DNA of 64,000 nucleotides, taken from contig JAWXAQ010000035.1 of the NCBI GenBank assembly GCA_034439575.1, forward strand, positions 130,742 to 194,741, read 5' to 3'. Numbering within the stretch: the stretch's first letter is position 1; every line of letters starts with the position of its first letter. This document shows, in pieces, positions 1 through 10,600 of this stretch. The DNA is from Leptospira sp. (lineage in GTDB: Bacteria > Spirochaetota > Leptospiria > Leptospirales > Leptospiraceae). The position numbers and the translations under genes were made by a program. The notes beneath the pieces are model-generated. The model was not told the origin of the DNA, did no database searches, and saw nothing but the letters and a program-made list of their open reading frames with translations.

Positions 1-73
1 TACCTGCGAACAGTGGCAAGCTGATAACCCTACGCCTGAGATCTGTAAAACGATCAATTATATATTCAAATAA
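1..73 (+). CDS. 3' end of upstream gene (partial), possibly a small Cys-rich protein
   Basis: Frame from position 2 reads TCEQWQADNPTPEICKTINYIFK*; the TAA at 71-73 overlaps the next ATG (TAATG coupling). Confidence 0.6.
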   Translation, partial: TCEQWQADNPTPEICKTINYIFK

Positions 74-552
74 TGTTGAGGTATCTATTCACTCTCTCTC
101 CCACAGAATACTTTTTATTTGCCTTATTGTTATTCGCAGGTATTTTGTTATTCGTTTTCAGTAAAATAAAATCAAAAAAAAATATTAAAAAATCAAAATC
201 CGCTCAAAAGGAAGAATTAAAAAAAGAATCATCCAATACTAAAAAAGATCCAGCATTGCAAGTCATGGAAATTTTTGATTACAATGGAACGAAGATTCTA
301 CATCAAGATGGTACCTATACGGTCAATGATAAAGGAGTTGTTACAAACTATTCCAATTGGAACTTATTGCCAAAAATGTACCAAACAATGGTCAAGGAAC
401 TTGACAAACGATCCTTAGGCGAAAAAGGTCAGGATTATTTTTTAGAAATGTTAAATGGATTTTATTACGTATCTCTTCCCGGCGGGAAAAAAAAGAGATA
501 CGATTCTATAAACGATATTCCACCCCATATCCGTAAACGAATTGGGGTGTGA
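73..552 (+). CDS. Hypothetical protein with N-terminal transmembrane helix
   Basis: 159 aa ORF; hydrophobic N-terminus followed by a Lys-rich linker. Confidence 0.75.
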   Translation: MLRYLFTLSPTEYFLFALLLFAGILLFVFSKIKSKKNIKKSKSAQKEELKKESSNTKKDPALQVMEIFDYNGTKILHQDGTYTVNDKGVVTNYSNWNLLPKMYQTMVKELDKRSLGEKGQDYFLEMLNGFYYVSLPGGKKKRYDSINDIPPHIRKRIGV

Positions 553-558
553 GTGATG

Positions 559-1494
559 TTACTCGTAAGTTAATACAACTGACTTTGAAGGAGATTTTTT
601 CTTCATCTTCTCAACAATTTCCGCCTTATTAAGTTTTTTCTGAAGATCTCTACGACGACCTTCTTCCAATACTTTCACTGGTGGTTTTTTCAAATCCCAT
701 ACAATTCCAAACCAGGAAAAAACTTTTAATATGTAATAAGACATATCCACTTCATACCAATAAAAACCTTGGTTCACGGAAGAACAGTAATAGTGGTGGT
801 TGTTATGCCATCCTTCGCCCATAGTCAGTAATGCGAGAAAAAAATTGTTTTTACTCGTATCGCGTGAATTAAAGCGCACTGATCCATAAACGTGAGAAAG
901 TGAGTTGATCGTCCAAGTCGCATGGCCTAGAAAAAAAGTTGCCACAGCATAACCGTAAACTAACCATCCCCATCCACCTATCAAATACAATGCGATAGAA
1001 AATGTAAGTGGCGGAATCCAATTGTTACGATCTAACCATCGAAGTTCAGGATATTTATAAAAATCAGGTATTAACTTCGGTTCAAAATTTTCGTAATCAT
1101 TTCGCAAAAACCAAAACATATGCGAATACCAAAATCCTTTTTTTGTCGGAGAATGAATGTCCTTATCTGTATCAGAATATTTATGATGATTTCTATGATG
1201 AGCGGCCCACCATAAAACTCCTTTCTGCATAGCCATGGAACCAATCCACGCTAATACAAATTGGAAAACGCGAGATGTTTTAAATGTGGAATGGGAAAAA
1301 TAGCGATGGTAGGCTCCAGTGATTCCAAACATGCGAAGGAAATAAGAGAATACTGCGACCCAAAAAAGTTCCCAAGTAAATGGAACGGTAAAAACGGTTA
1401 AAACTGTCGCTTGGATCAGAAAAAAAAGAATTAAAAATAATAAAGGAGCCTTGTGTTTAACAACAGGCTCGACATAAGTTTGTGAAGCTTCCAT
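559..1494 (-). CDS. Acyl-CoA/acyl-lipid delta-9 fatty acid desaturase
   Basis: Three His boxes [25 protein letters not shown] motif; transmembrane segments. Confidence 0.93.
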   Translation of the reverse strand: MEASQTYVEPVVKHKAPLLFLILFFLIQATVLTVFTVPFTWELFWVAVFSYFLRMFGITGAYHRYFSHSTFKTSRVFQFVLAWIGSMAMQKGVLWWAAHHRNHHKYSDTDKDIHSPTKKGFWYSHMFWFLRNDYENFEPKLIPDFYKYPELRWLDRNNWIPPLTFSIALYLIGGWGWLVYGYAVATFFLGHATWTINSLSHVYGSVRFNSRDTSKNNFFLALLTMGEGWHNNHHYYCSSVNQGFYWYEVDMSYYILKVFSWFGIVWDLKKPPVKVLEEGRRRDLQKKLNKAEIVEKMKKKSPSKSVVLTYE

Positions 1495-1600
1495 AAAAAT
1501 TTTCCTATACCAAATAGGAGTCCTTTTAGTTTACCTGGTTGCAAAAAAATTCATTCTACTTGATTCCAAGGCACAACGGACGACGCTGACAAAAGAAACC

Positions 1601-2815
1601 ATGTCCTCAAGAATTGTAGTTCAAAAATACGGTGGAACGTCCGTAGGAGACACCACAAAGATAAAGAACGTTGCAAAACGGATCAAAAAATATCATGACG
1701 ATGGGAATAGAGTGGCTGTCGTCGTTTCGGCAATGGGACATACTACTGACGAATTGGTCAGCCTTGCAGATCAGATCTCTTCTGAACCCCCCAAACGAGA
1801 AATGGATATGCTACTTTCTACGGGCGAACAAGTATCCATTGCACTACTTGCCATCGCTCTAAACGAAATCGGTGTACCCGCTCAATCATTTACCGGTTCT
1901 CAGATAAAGATCCTTACCGATGGTAATTTTTCCAATGCCAAAATTGAAATGATTGATCGCACGAGAATTGACGAAGCCTTTAACAAAGGAAAGGTGGTTA
2001 TCGTAGCTGGTTTCCAAGGCATTGATAAAGATGAAAACATAGTTACTCTCGGAAGAGGTGGCAGTGATACTTCGGCGGTTGCCATAGCTGCAGCCTTAGG
2101 TGCCGATGAGTGCGAAATATATACTGATGTGGATGGAGTTTATACAGCAGACCCGCGTAAAATTCCGAATGCGAAGATGCATAAACAAATTACTTACGAA
2201 GAGATGTTGGAACTTGCGAGCCTTGGCGCTGGAGTTTTGCATTCGAGAAGTGTTGAATTAGGAATGAATTATAATGTCGTGATTCATGTTCGATCCAGTT
2301 TTCACGATAGACCAGGAACTCTCGTAATGAGTGAGGATAAGATAATGGAAAAAATGAAAGTAAGTGGAGTCACTGCCAAAGGTGACCAAGTTCGCATCAC
2401 TATCGCAGACGTTAAAGACAAACCGGGAATCGCCGCAGATTTATTCACACAACTTGCCAACAAAGATGTCATCGTGGATGTGATTGTTCAATCTTCTCCA
2501 CGAGATGGAGTGAATACAATTTCATTTACAATTGCGAAAAAAGATACGACTGTCGCTAAACCCATAATTGATACTTACGCGAAAGCTAATGGCAATGGCC
2601 AAGCCGAAATGGACGAAAACATAGCGATTGTTTCAGCCGTTGGTGTCGGTATGAAATCACATGTAGGTGTTGCGGCAAAAATGTTCCAAGCATTAGCTGA
2701 TAATAAAATCAATATAGAAATGATATCTACTTCTGAGATAAAAATTTCCTGTGTGATCAAAGAAAACCAGTCAGAAGCGGCCGTAAAAGCCTTGCACACA
2801 GCGTTTATAGGATAA
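1601..2815 (+). CDS. lysC: Aspartate kinase (alpha subunit; two ACT domains)
   Basis: [37 protein letters not shown] motifs; C-terminal ACT domains ending STSEIKIS. Confidence 0.97.
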   Translation: MSSRIVVQKYGGTSVGDTTKIKNVAKRIKKYHDDGNRVAVVVSAMGHTTDELVSLADQISSEPPKREMDMLLSTGEQVSIALLAIALNEIGVPAQSFTGSQIKILTDGNFSNAKIEMIDRTRIDEAFNKGKVVIVAGFQGIDKDENIVTLGRGGSDTSAVAIAAALGADECEIYTDVDGVYTADPRKIPNAKMHKQITYEEMLELASLGAGVLHSRSVELGMNYNVVIHVRSSFHDRPGTLVMSEDKIMEKMKVSGVTAKGDQVRITIADVKDKPGIAADLFTQLANKDVIVDVIVQSSPRDGVNTISFTIAKKDTTVAKPIIDTYAKANGNGQAEMDENIAIVSAVGVGMKSHVGVAAKMFQALADNKINIEMISTSEIKISCVIKENQSEAAVKALHTAFIG

Positions 2816-2884
2816 TTATTTCAAAGAAAGAATCATTTCCGTGTATGAGGCTTTGGTTCTTAAATTCGATTGGAGAATATAACA

Positions 2885-3898
2885 ATGAAAATCAAATTAA
2901 TTGTCATTTTCATATTATATTTATTTCTACCAGGATTTCTTTCATCTTATGAATCCCTAAACCAAGTCGTAGCCATTGTCGGTAATATAGCCGTTACACA
3001 ATCCGATTTCGAAAAAGGGACAGAAAAGTACAAAGCCCTTTCACGTTACATCCCATCAACTAGAAAAAAGGGATCATTACACTCACAAGTGTTAGATTTT
3101 TTAATCGATAGGGCTGTTGTTGATATTGTTTCAGAAGAAGAATCTATCCAAGTAAATGAAAAACGTATTGAAGCAGAAATTCAAAAACGTATGGAATCAC
3201 AAGGGATTACAGATATAGAATATTTTAAAAAAACAGTCACTCAACAATTTGGTTTACCTTATGAAACTTGGGTCGAAGATTTACCCTTTCAAATAAAAAA
3301 AGCCCAATTACTTCAAATTAAAATTTCTCCTCCTTTACCTTCAGAACAAGAAGTGTTAGGTTGGTATAACAAAAACAAGGCGAAGGTTGGATACGAATTT
3401 AAATTCCGTGAATTGATTTTTTCACCAGCAAACAGCTCCATAGACGAAGAAACACGCATCTTTCAAGAACTAAATGAAATAAGGTCAAAGTCGATGAAAG
3501 ATCCATCTTTCTTTAAATTGGTCGCTTCCGGTCCACGAAATGAAAGTAGGCATAAAGTAGTCGGTGGCCTTGTCAATTGGATTCCTACGTTTGAACTTTA
3601 TAAATCGCAACCCACTACTGCATCTGTCTTGAGTCAGGTACAACAAGGAAAAATTTCCGAAGTATTTCGTGATGATCGTAAAAGATATTGTTTGGTGTTT
3701 GTCGAAGGCGTGCGCCCTACTCCTTTAGATGCTGTCCGTAAAGGGATTCAAGGATTACTTTATCGAGATAAGGAACAGGCAAATTTTGAAGAATGGGTTG
3801 TAAATACTAGAAAAACAACTTCGATTACAATATTCGATCCCATTTATCTAAAAGAACATAACATAACAAATCCAGACGAAAAGTACAACGCAGATTAA
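2885..3898 (+). CDS. SurA-like periplasmic chaperone / parvulin-type peptidyl-prolyl isomerase
   Basis: Signal peptide; LNQVVAIVG and VLDFLID pattern of SurA N-domain; parvulin-like GGLVNW and GKISEVF; ATG 2885 preferred over TTG 2870. Confidence 0.75.
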   Translation: MKIKLIVIFILYLFLPGFLSSYESLNQVVAIVGNIAVTQSDFEKGTEKYKALSRYIPSTRKKGSLHSQVLDFLIDRAVVDIVSEEESIQVNEKRIEAEIQKRMESQGITDIEYFKKTVTQQFGLPYETWVEDLPFQIKKAQLLQIKISPPLPSEQEVLGWYNKNKAKVGYEFKFRELIFSPANSSIDEETRIFQELNEIRSKSMKDPSFFKLVASGPRNESRHKVVGGLVNWIPTFELYKSQPTTASVLSQVQQGKISEVFRDDRKRYCLVFVEGVRPTPLDAVRKGIQGLLYRDKEQANFEEWVVNTRKTTSITIFDPIYLKEHNITNPDEKYNAD

Positions 3899-3899
3899 A

Positions 3900-5450
3900 A
3901 TGACAAGGACAAATTATTTACCTGCCTTAGCTGCTGTTTATTTAGATCAAAAAAGCCAAGATTTTTTACTTAAAAACACACATCTAGAATTCTGGAAAAT
4001 ATTTTTTGATAAGATCAGGAACTTATTCGCTTCCTTACCTATCCATATTATCGTTTCCAAAGAATTAAATTCTGTCATAGAATCAGAAATGAAGAAGGAA
4101 CAGAATATTTTTTTACATGTTGATGTTGATACGGAAGAAACCTTCTTAAAAAAAATATCTACTTTTTTACCTACTTCAAAATTCAATGATCCAGATTGGG
4201 ATGAAGTATGTTTTTTATACTTCAAAGGTATATCCCCGCTCATAGATTTAAAGTTAGTTGCAGAATCTTGGGAACGCCATAAAAAATTTTTTAGTCAATA
4301 TTCCTATAGCGAAAACTTACCAGAAGGGGTTATTCCTTATATATTGACGAGAGAGTTTTTATCAAGCCTGCCTGATAAATTATCAACAGATGTTCATTCA
4401 TTTTTTCTTAAAAATATTAATCAATATGATGTTGATATTTTTTATGTTCCGCCTGACTTGCGTCAGTATCGATTTGATCTTCGGCTCAATGATTTTAGAA
4501 ATCTAAATCTCATTGAGAATCTGTTAAAAAAAGATCCCAAAATTACTTACGAAGAATTACTTCCGACCATTCAAAAAAACGCAAAGATATTTCGCTTTGC
4601 CCCATCCTATATAGAATGGGAAATTTATAAAGGCTGTGAACTTGATTGTATTTTTTGTCCTCGTCAATTCGTTTCAAAAGAAAATGAACCAAACCAATCC
4701 TCGCTTGAAAATATAATCAATTCGATTTCAAAACTACAATCTGCAATTCCGACTGATTTTACGATTTGTTTTGGTGGCAATGGTGAGCCACTCCTACATC
4801 CAAATTTCACAGACATACTCACTCATAGCTTAAAAATTCCCAACCTAACAGAATTAATAGTTGAAACGGCTCTATATACGAACGTCGATACACTCGTCGA
4901 ATCTATATCAAAAATGGATGAAAATTCAAAAAAGAAACTTTGTATTATCGTCAATTTATCTACATTAAAAAAGGACATTTACCGCAAGTTATATGGTAAA
5001 GATATTCATACTGAAATTTTAAATTCTATAGATAAATTAAGATCCATATTACCGAAATCATCACTTCACATACAAATGATAAAAATGATAGAGGTTGGAG
5101 ACGAAGTAGAGGCTTTCTTTAATTATTTTGAAAAGAAAGATATCAATGTTATTTTACAAAAATTCAATTCATTTGCTGGGAAATTACCTGAAAAAAGAGT
5201 CAGTGATTTAACACCGATTCATCGAGAGTTTTGTTGGCATTTAAATCGCGATTTAGTAATAGATGTAAATGGAAATGTATCAATCTGTAAACAAACCCAA
5301 ACAGAAGTGTTAGGGAATATAATAGAGCAAGAGTTTTCAGAAATTTGGGAAAAAGGACAGAAGTATTTTGAATACAGTTTTTTAGGTGATCATAAATCAA
5401 TCCCTGCTCCTTGTTTAAATTGTGATGAATGGTATACTTTCAACGCCTAA
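3900..5450 (+). CDS. Spiro-SPASM protein (radical SAM + SPASM, with N-terminal nucleotidyltransferase-like region)
   Basis: CELDCIFC (CxxxCxxC), GGNGEPLLHP, SPASM cysteines (FCWH, SICKQ, CLNC); long N-terminal extension. Confidence 0.85.
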   Translation: MTRTNYLPALAAVYLDQKSQDFLLKNTHLEFWKIFFDKIRNLFASLPIHIIVSKELNSVIESEMKKEQNIFLHVDVDTEETFLKKISTFLPTSKFNDPDWDEVCFLYFKGISPLIDLKLVAESWERHKKFFSQYSYSENLPEGVIPYILTREFLSSLPDKLSTDVHSFFLKNINQYDVDIFYVPPDLRQYRFDLRLNDFRNLNLIENLLKKDPKITYEELLPTIQKNAKIFRFAPSYIEWEIYKGCELDCIFCPRQFVSKENEPNQSSLENIINSISKLQSAIPTDFTICFGGNGEPLLHPNFTDILTHSLKIPNLTELIVETALYTNVDTLVESISKMDENSKKKLCIIVNLSTLKKDIYRKLYGKDIHTEILNSIDKLRSILPKSSLHIQMIKMIEVGDEVEAFFNYFEKKDINVILQKFNSFAGKLPEKRVSDLTPIHREFCWHLNRDLVIDVNGNVSICKQTQTEVLGNIIEQEFSEIWEKGQKYFEYSFLGDHKSIPAPCLNCDEWYTFNA

Positions 5451-7020
5451 ACCTTTTGGATTCATCCAAGCTAGATTAGGATCTCAAAGACTAAATGGCA
5501 AGATCCTCAAATCTATACCTATAGAAAATGGAAAATCTCTCCTCGAACATATCCATTCTCGCCTTATAAAAATAATTCCGAACGAACGTATTGTTTTTTT
5601 AATCCCAGAAGAGGATGATGAATTAGCACTATACCTTTCAAATAAAAATTTCCAATTTCATAAAGGGCCACTTGAAGATGTTAGAAGGAGATATATCGAT
5701 GCAGCAGAAAAATATGGTGCAAAAGATATTATTCGCTTAACTGGAGATAATCCTTTCATTGATATCACTTCTATTGAATTGTTATGGGAAGCAATGTTTC
5801 ATCTCTGTACTAGATATTATTGTTTAGCGATGGCTCACTTGCCATTGGGTATGGGTGTGGAATGTTTTTCCTATGAATCCTTGGTTCATAATATTGATAT
5901 TTTAAATGACAAACGCCACTTAGAACATGTTAGCTTACATATCAAAGAAGATTTAAAAAAAAATACAGTCTATCGATTGATACCACCTCACATAGAATAT
6001 AATAATTTACAATATACAAATGAAATCCGTATGACAATCGATGAAAATTTGGATTTTGAAGTGATGTTGGACGTTTGGCGCGAATTGGGTGAAACAGATC
6101 CATACTTTGGAGCTAATGAAGTCATAAAACTTTATAAAAATAATCCTTCTCTCTTTGAAAAAAACCAACCCGTCAAACAAGTAAAATTTGAATTGCCCAA
6201 AGAAAACTTTATCAAAAAAAGAATTTCTCTTAGTTATGGTGATCCAAAAATTTTCGGCTCAGGACATTTTGAGAGATGTAAATCCTTGTCTATCGAAATG
6301 CAAATGAACCAATACGAAGTACTTTGTAATTCGTATCCGACAGAAAATTCTATATCACCTATAGATGGTTATATTATAGATTCCAGAGAAACTATACATA
6401 AAAATTTTCCAGCCTTAAGTATTGATGATTTAGGACCAAAGAAAAATGATGTGACTTCCGTTTATTTCCTTCCTCATCCAGATATAACACAATCAAAGAT
6501 TAAAAATAATAAATCTATTTCGTTTTACTCATCCCCCATCATTGGTTTATTTAAAGATATCCCCTCAAAGCAAGGACAATGGATGATTTATGCTGGAAGT
6601 CTTAACAAAGAACAAACGGAACTTATTGATTCATTTTTATTAAACAACCTGAATAAAAAATGGAATGTGAAGCAATGGATTCGAATTGGTGGCACTCCTT
6701 CATCATCGTCTAACGAAATCTTGTATTTTCCTAGATTGAGTAAATTTGAATTTTATAATTGTCTTTCCACATCGGAAGGATTTATTTCCTACTTTGGTCA
6801 AAGTATTATGGAATCAATGTATCTCGGAAAAAAGACAAAACTAATTGGTATTTCAGAAATTCATAAAGAGTTGGGCATTTTCTTTAGTGATTTGGCTCAC
6901 ATAGAATATTTAGGCGAAATTAATAATTTAAAATTGGCAAATGAGGAACATCCTTCTGTAAATATTAAAATCAATAGAAATGCACAAGATGTTATTTTTG
7001 AATGGTTAAATACACTTTGA
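5422..7020 (+). CDS. SpsF-like cytidylyltransferase fused to a SpsG/PseG-like domain
   Basis: IQARLGSQRLNGK, DVRRRY, IRLTGDNPFID, EHVS, RMTID in the N-half; IFGSGHFERCKSL resembles the PseG/SpsG GxGHxxR motif. Confidence 0.78.
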   Translation: MMNGILSTPKPFGFIQARLGSQRLNGKILKSIPIENGKSLLEHIHSRLIKIIPNERIVFLIPEEDDELALYLSNKNFQFHKGPLEDVRRRYIDAAEKYGAKDIIRLTGDNPFIDITSIELLWEAMFHLCTRYYCLAMAHLPLGMGVECFSYESLVHNIDILNDKRHLEHVSLHIKEDLKKNTVYRLIPPHIEYNNLQYTNEIRMTIDENLDFEVMLDVWRELGETDPYFGANEVIKLYKNNPSLFEKNQPVKQVKFELPKENFIKKRISLSYGDPKIFGSGHFERCKSLSIEMQMNQYEVLCNSYPTENSISPIDGYIIDSRETIHKNFPALSIDDLGPKKNDVTSVYFLPHPDITQSKIKNNKSISFYSSPIIGLFKDIPSKQGQWMIYAGSLNKEQTELIDSFLLNNLNKKWNVKQWIRIGGTPSSSSNEILYFPRLSKFEFYNCLSTSEGFISYFGQSIMESMYLGKKTKLIGISEIHKELGIFFSDLAHIEYLGEINNLKLANEEHPSVNIKINRNAQDVIFEWLNTL

Positions 7021-8051
7021 AAACTTTTAATATTAAAACAATTACTCTTAATTTACTATTGGCTCTACTTTTAGTTTCAAATTTGGATCGCCTAATGGCA
7101 CAAGAGTCGGTGGAAACTACCGAAAGTTCTATGATCCAAAGAAAAATCGAATTGGAAAAAGTCGGAAGAAATATTATCAATGCACTTCGATACGGAAAAT
7201 TTTCACTTGCTGACCAAGAATGGAAAAAATTGCAAAATGATGGATATAAAAGTGAAGCTGAGTACTATTATCTCGCAGGTGCTATGTTATACTCACGACT
7301 CGATTGGCAAGAATCAAAAGAAAATCTCTTAAAAGCACTTTCTCTCGAACCAAAACATGAAGCCGCAAGTTACCTTGTCGGTATGATTTATGCGCAAGAA
7401 GACAATTGGGAGCAAGCAAAAAGAATCTGGCTTGAAACAAATGAAATATCACCCTACAACCCATTTTATCATTATAATCTAGGTGTCGCTTATTTTATAT
7501 TAGGTGATTATGATAGAGCGATCGAATCTTTATCAAAATCTTTAGAATACAAACCAAATTACTACGAAGCCAAAACGATACTTGCAAAAACTTATTTAGA
7601 ACTTGGTGAATTGTTGAATGCAAAAAAAGAAATTGAATCCATTTTAGAAGCAGATCCTAAAAATCAATTAGCATCAAATTTATTTGGTAGAGTTGTTTAT
7701 GAAATAGATCGAGATGCCAAAAAAGCTCTCTCATTTCTCAAAAATGAAAAAATCCTTGGGTGGCGTGAAAAAAAAGTTTATGCCAGATGTTATTTCGAAG
7801 TTAGGCGATGGAGAGAGTCGGAAGTACTTTTTCGTACGATCGCATTTTCTCCCTTTGCTGATGAATACGATCAAAGTTTTTATTTGAATTTGCTCTTAAA
7901 TTTAGGTTTAGAAGAAAAAGCAAACGACTTCTTTCACTTTAGCCAAAAGAAAAATAAAAACGACTCAAATATAGCTGAAACATATCGTATTCTGCTATCG
8001 AGCCGTGAAGGTAAAACTTTACTTTATCATTATTTCAAATTGCGATACTAA
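7002..8051 (+). CDS. Tetratricopeptide repeat protein, probably exported
   Basis: Multiple TPR units (YHYNLGVAYFILGDYDRAIESLSKSLEYKPNY); hydrophobic leader; start uncertain. Confidence 0.85.
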   Translation: MVKYTLKTFNIKTITLNLLLALLLVSNLDRLMAQESVETTESSMIQRKIELEKVGRNIINALRYGKFSLADQEWKKLQNDGYKSEAEYYYLAGAMLYSRLDWQESKENLLKALSLEPKHEAASYLVGMIYAQEDNWEQAKRIWLETNEISPYNPFYHYNLGVAYFILGDYDRAIESLSKSLEYKPNYYEAKTILAKTYLELGELLNAKKEIESILEADPKNQLASNLFGRVVYEIDRDAKKALSFLKNEKILGWREKKVYARCYFEVRRWRESEVLFRTIAFSPFADEYDQSFYLNLLLNLGLEEKANDFFHFSQKKNKNDSNIAETYRILLSSREGKTLLYHYFKLRY

Positions 8052-8719
8052 GTCGCAATCGGATCTTGTTTTGTCTGTGTGTATTTCCACTCTACCGCAA
8101 CGCGGATAAGTTTTTCATTTTCAGTAATGCTTAGTTTTGTTTTGATGCGAGAACGAAGCGTTTCTATCGTAGATGCAGCCAAGCCCATGTTAGCTGCGAT
8201 TTCTTTAACAGGCTTTCCTTCGCCAATCATCAAAAAAACTTCCAATTCTCGATTTGAAAGTCTATCAATAGGATCTTTTTCTTCTTTTTGAGAATTTTTA
8301 TAGAGATGTCCGAGTAGTCTAGTGGCTTGGGAAGAACTAACAAAGTAGTCCCCTTTGAGCACAGTTTGAATGGCTTCTACGATCTGTGTGGTGGTATCTT
8401 CTTTAAAAACATAGCCCATAGCACCCAATTTAAAGGCCCTATCAACAAAAGTATCATCAGTTAACATACTAATGATGATGACTGCGATTTCTGGAAATGC
8501 AGAGCGTAGTTTTTTTAATAACTGTAAGCCACTTTGATTTTGTTTTAATTGAATATCAACAAGTACTAAAGCAGGTTTTAAATTTTCAATCTCAGAAAAC
8601 GCCTTGTCAATGTTATCTGAACTTCCTATACACTCTAAATCCTCTGATTGTGAAATCAAATTCTGAAGGGCATCTACGACCAATGGGTGGTCATCAACTA
8701 TATAAACCTGCTTTTTCAT
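8048..8719 (-). CDS. NarL/LuxR-family DNA-binding response regulator
   Basis: REC domain (IVDDH, VDI, GYVFK) plus LSNRELEV HTH. Confidence 0.93.
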   Translation of the reverse strand: MKKQVYIVDDHPLVVDALQNLISQSEDLECIGSSDNIDKAFSEIENLKPALVLVDIQLKQNQSGLQLLKKLRSAFPEIAVIIISMLTDDTFVDRAFKLGAMGYVFKEDTTTQIVEAIQTVLKGDYFVSSSQATRLLGHLYKNSQKEEKDPIDRLSNRELEVFLMIGEGKPVKEIAANMGLAASTIETLRSRIKTKLSITENEKLIRVAVEWKYTQTKQDPIAT

Positions 8720-8731
8720 GCTTTAGTCCAA

Positions 8732-10129
8732 TTAAGATTCTTTAAGAGCGCTGATCATCTCTTGAGTGGCCTTTTTTCCATCACCAAACAACATCAAACA
8801 ATTGTCTGCGATAAATAATGGATTAGGCACGCCAGCGAAACCAGGGCTTAACGATCGTTTAATTACCACAACTGTTTTTGCTTTATCGACATCGAGTATC
8901 GGCATACCAGCTATAGGTGATTTAGGATCTGTTTTTGCTAATGGGTTCGTAACGTCATTGGCACCGTTTACGATCACTACGTCAACATTTTCAAAGGTAC
9001 TATTGATCTCATCCATTTCCTTAAGTCTATCGTACGGAATGTCTGCTTCTGCGAGAAGAACGTTCATGTGACCTGGCATCCTACCAGCTACTGGATGTAT
9101 TGCAAATGTAACATCGATACCGCGAGCCGTTAATAATTGGTAAAGATCTCTTACTGCATGTTGCGCTTGAGCCACAGCCATTCCATATCCTGGAACAATC
9201 ACTACAGTTCTTGCAATATCTAGCAACATTGCCACTTCTTCAGCGCTCGTAGATTTAATTTTACCCGAATAAAAATCTCCGTCTTGTTTTGTGTCTTCTG
9301 CAATAGCCCCAAAGCCACCAAAAAGCACATTGGTAAGACTTCGATTCATCGCCTTACACATAATCTGAGTTAAAATAATTCCAGATGCACCAACAAGAGA
9401 ACCAGCGATGATGAGTACATTATTGTTTAAAACAAAACCTGTAGCGGAGGCCGCTATTCCTGAATAGGAATTCAATAAGGAAATAACAACAGGCATGTCA
9501 GCTCCACCAATTGGCATCACTAAAAGTATTCCAAGAAGCAAACTCACAGCACTCAAAATCCAATAGATCGGTTCTGTGGATGGGGAAAGAGTATTATAAA
9601 CTCCTAAACCGATAATGATCACACCCATAACAATCTTAACAATTTGGTCACCAGAATATCTCACAGCTTTTTCTGTGATAAACCCTTGGAGTTTTCCAAA
9701 CGCCACAAAACTACCGCTAAAGGTAATACCGCCGACAATGGCAGAGAAAACGATTGAAATAATTTCTTGGTAGTTCACTGCATATTCGTATTTTGGAATA
9801 GAGAGTTGTAAAGCCGCACCAGCGACAAGAACGGAGGCGATCCCACCAAAGCCGTTTAAGACGGCGACCAATTGCGGCATGGCTGTCATTTGGATTTTAA
9901 TCGCCATAATGACTCCTATCACGGAACCAATCAAAATACCAATGGCGATCCATTCATAACTCAATATACTCCGATCAAGGAGAGTCACAAGAACCGCAAT
10001 GAGCATCCCGATCGCACCCAATATATTTCCCCGACTCGCCGTCTTTGGCGTTCCGAGTTGTTTGAGACCTACAATAAATAGGATGGATGCTAATAAATAA
10101 GAAAGATTTAGGAAATGATTTAAATTCAT
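8732..10129 (-). CDS. pntB: NAD(P) transhydrogenase subunit beta
   Basis: MPQLVA, GGADMPVVIS, PGYGMAVAQAQ, HPVAGRMPGHMNVLLAE motifs. Confidence 0.97.
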   Translation of the reverse strand: MNLNHFLNLSYLLASILFIVGLKQLGTPKTASRGNILGAIGMLIAVLVTLLDRSILSYEWIAIGILIGSVIGVIMAIKIQMTAMPQLVAVLNGFGGIASVLVAGAALQLSIPKYEYAVNYQEIISIVFSAIVGGITFSGSFVAFGKLQGFITEKAVRYSGDQIVKIVMGVIIIGLGVYNTLSPSTEPIYWILSAVSLLLGILLVMPIGGADMPVVISLLNSYSGIAASATGFVLNNNVLIIAGSLVGASGIILTQIMCKAMNRSLTNVLFGGFGAIAEDTKQDGDFYSGKIKSTSAEEVAMLLDIARTVVIVPGYGMAVAQAQHAVRDLYQLLTARGIDVTFAIHPVAGRMPGHMNVLLAEADIPYDRLKEMDEINSTFENVDVVIVNGANDVTNPLAKTDPKSPIAGMPILDVDKAKTVVVIKRSLSPGFAGVPNPLFIADNCLMLFGDGKKATQEMISALKES

Positions 10130-10135
10130 CTGCGT

Positions 10136-10423
10136 TTACTTTGAATCCTTCTTCTTAAACATACTGAGCATTCGGTGTGTGACAAGAAATCCACCCACCA
10201 CATTGATGGTAGCAAAGATCACCGAAAGAAGACCCAATATTTTTGTGATATTATTGTTTTCTATACCGGCAGCGTAAAGCGCACCAATGAGAGTAATGCC
10301 CGAGATGGCGTTGGAACCCGACATAAGTGGGGTGTGAAGGATAGGGGGGATTTTAGTAATGATTTCAAATCCGACGAAAATCGCTAAAACGAAAATCGTG
10401 ACTGCTGTTACAAATATTTCCAT
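10136..10423 (-). CDS. pntAB: NAD(P) transhydrogenase subunit alpha part 2 (membrane)
   Basis: LHTPLMSGSNAISG and NVVGGFLVTHRML motifs; 95 aa. Confidence 0.95.
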   Translation of the reverse strand: MEIFVTAVTIFVLAIFVGFEIITKIPPILHTPLMSGSNAISGITLIGALYAAGIENNNITKILGLLSVIFATINVVGGFLVTHRMLSMFKKKDSK

Positions 10424-10494
10424 AGGCTTGAAGTAGTTATGTAGAATTTGGGCTTTTTGGAAAACAATTTTTCATACTTGATTCTGAGACTTGG

Positions 10495-10600
10495 GCACAT
10501 CCGTTCCGTTCGGAACGGTCGGGCTATCCGCTCCAATCCTCCCACAAAATCTTTTTTTTGTCTTAGGTGTGGGAGGGATTTCCGCTTCTATCCCTTGTGC
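10495..10600. repeat. GC-rich palindromic REP/MITE-like intergenic element
   Basis: GCACA/TGTGC ends; hairpin ccgttccg-tt-cggaacgg; ccgctccaatc and ggatttccgct flank stem ctcccaca/tgtgggag; the same two motifs occur inverted at 60817-60853. Confidence 0.7.

Noticed and set aside
1495-1600. Lysine riboswitch upstream of lysC
   Set aside because: The gap is only 106 bp, is shared with a divergent gene and lacks the expected structure
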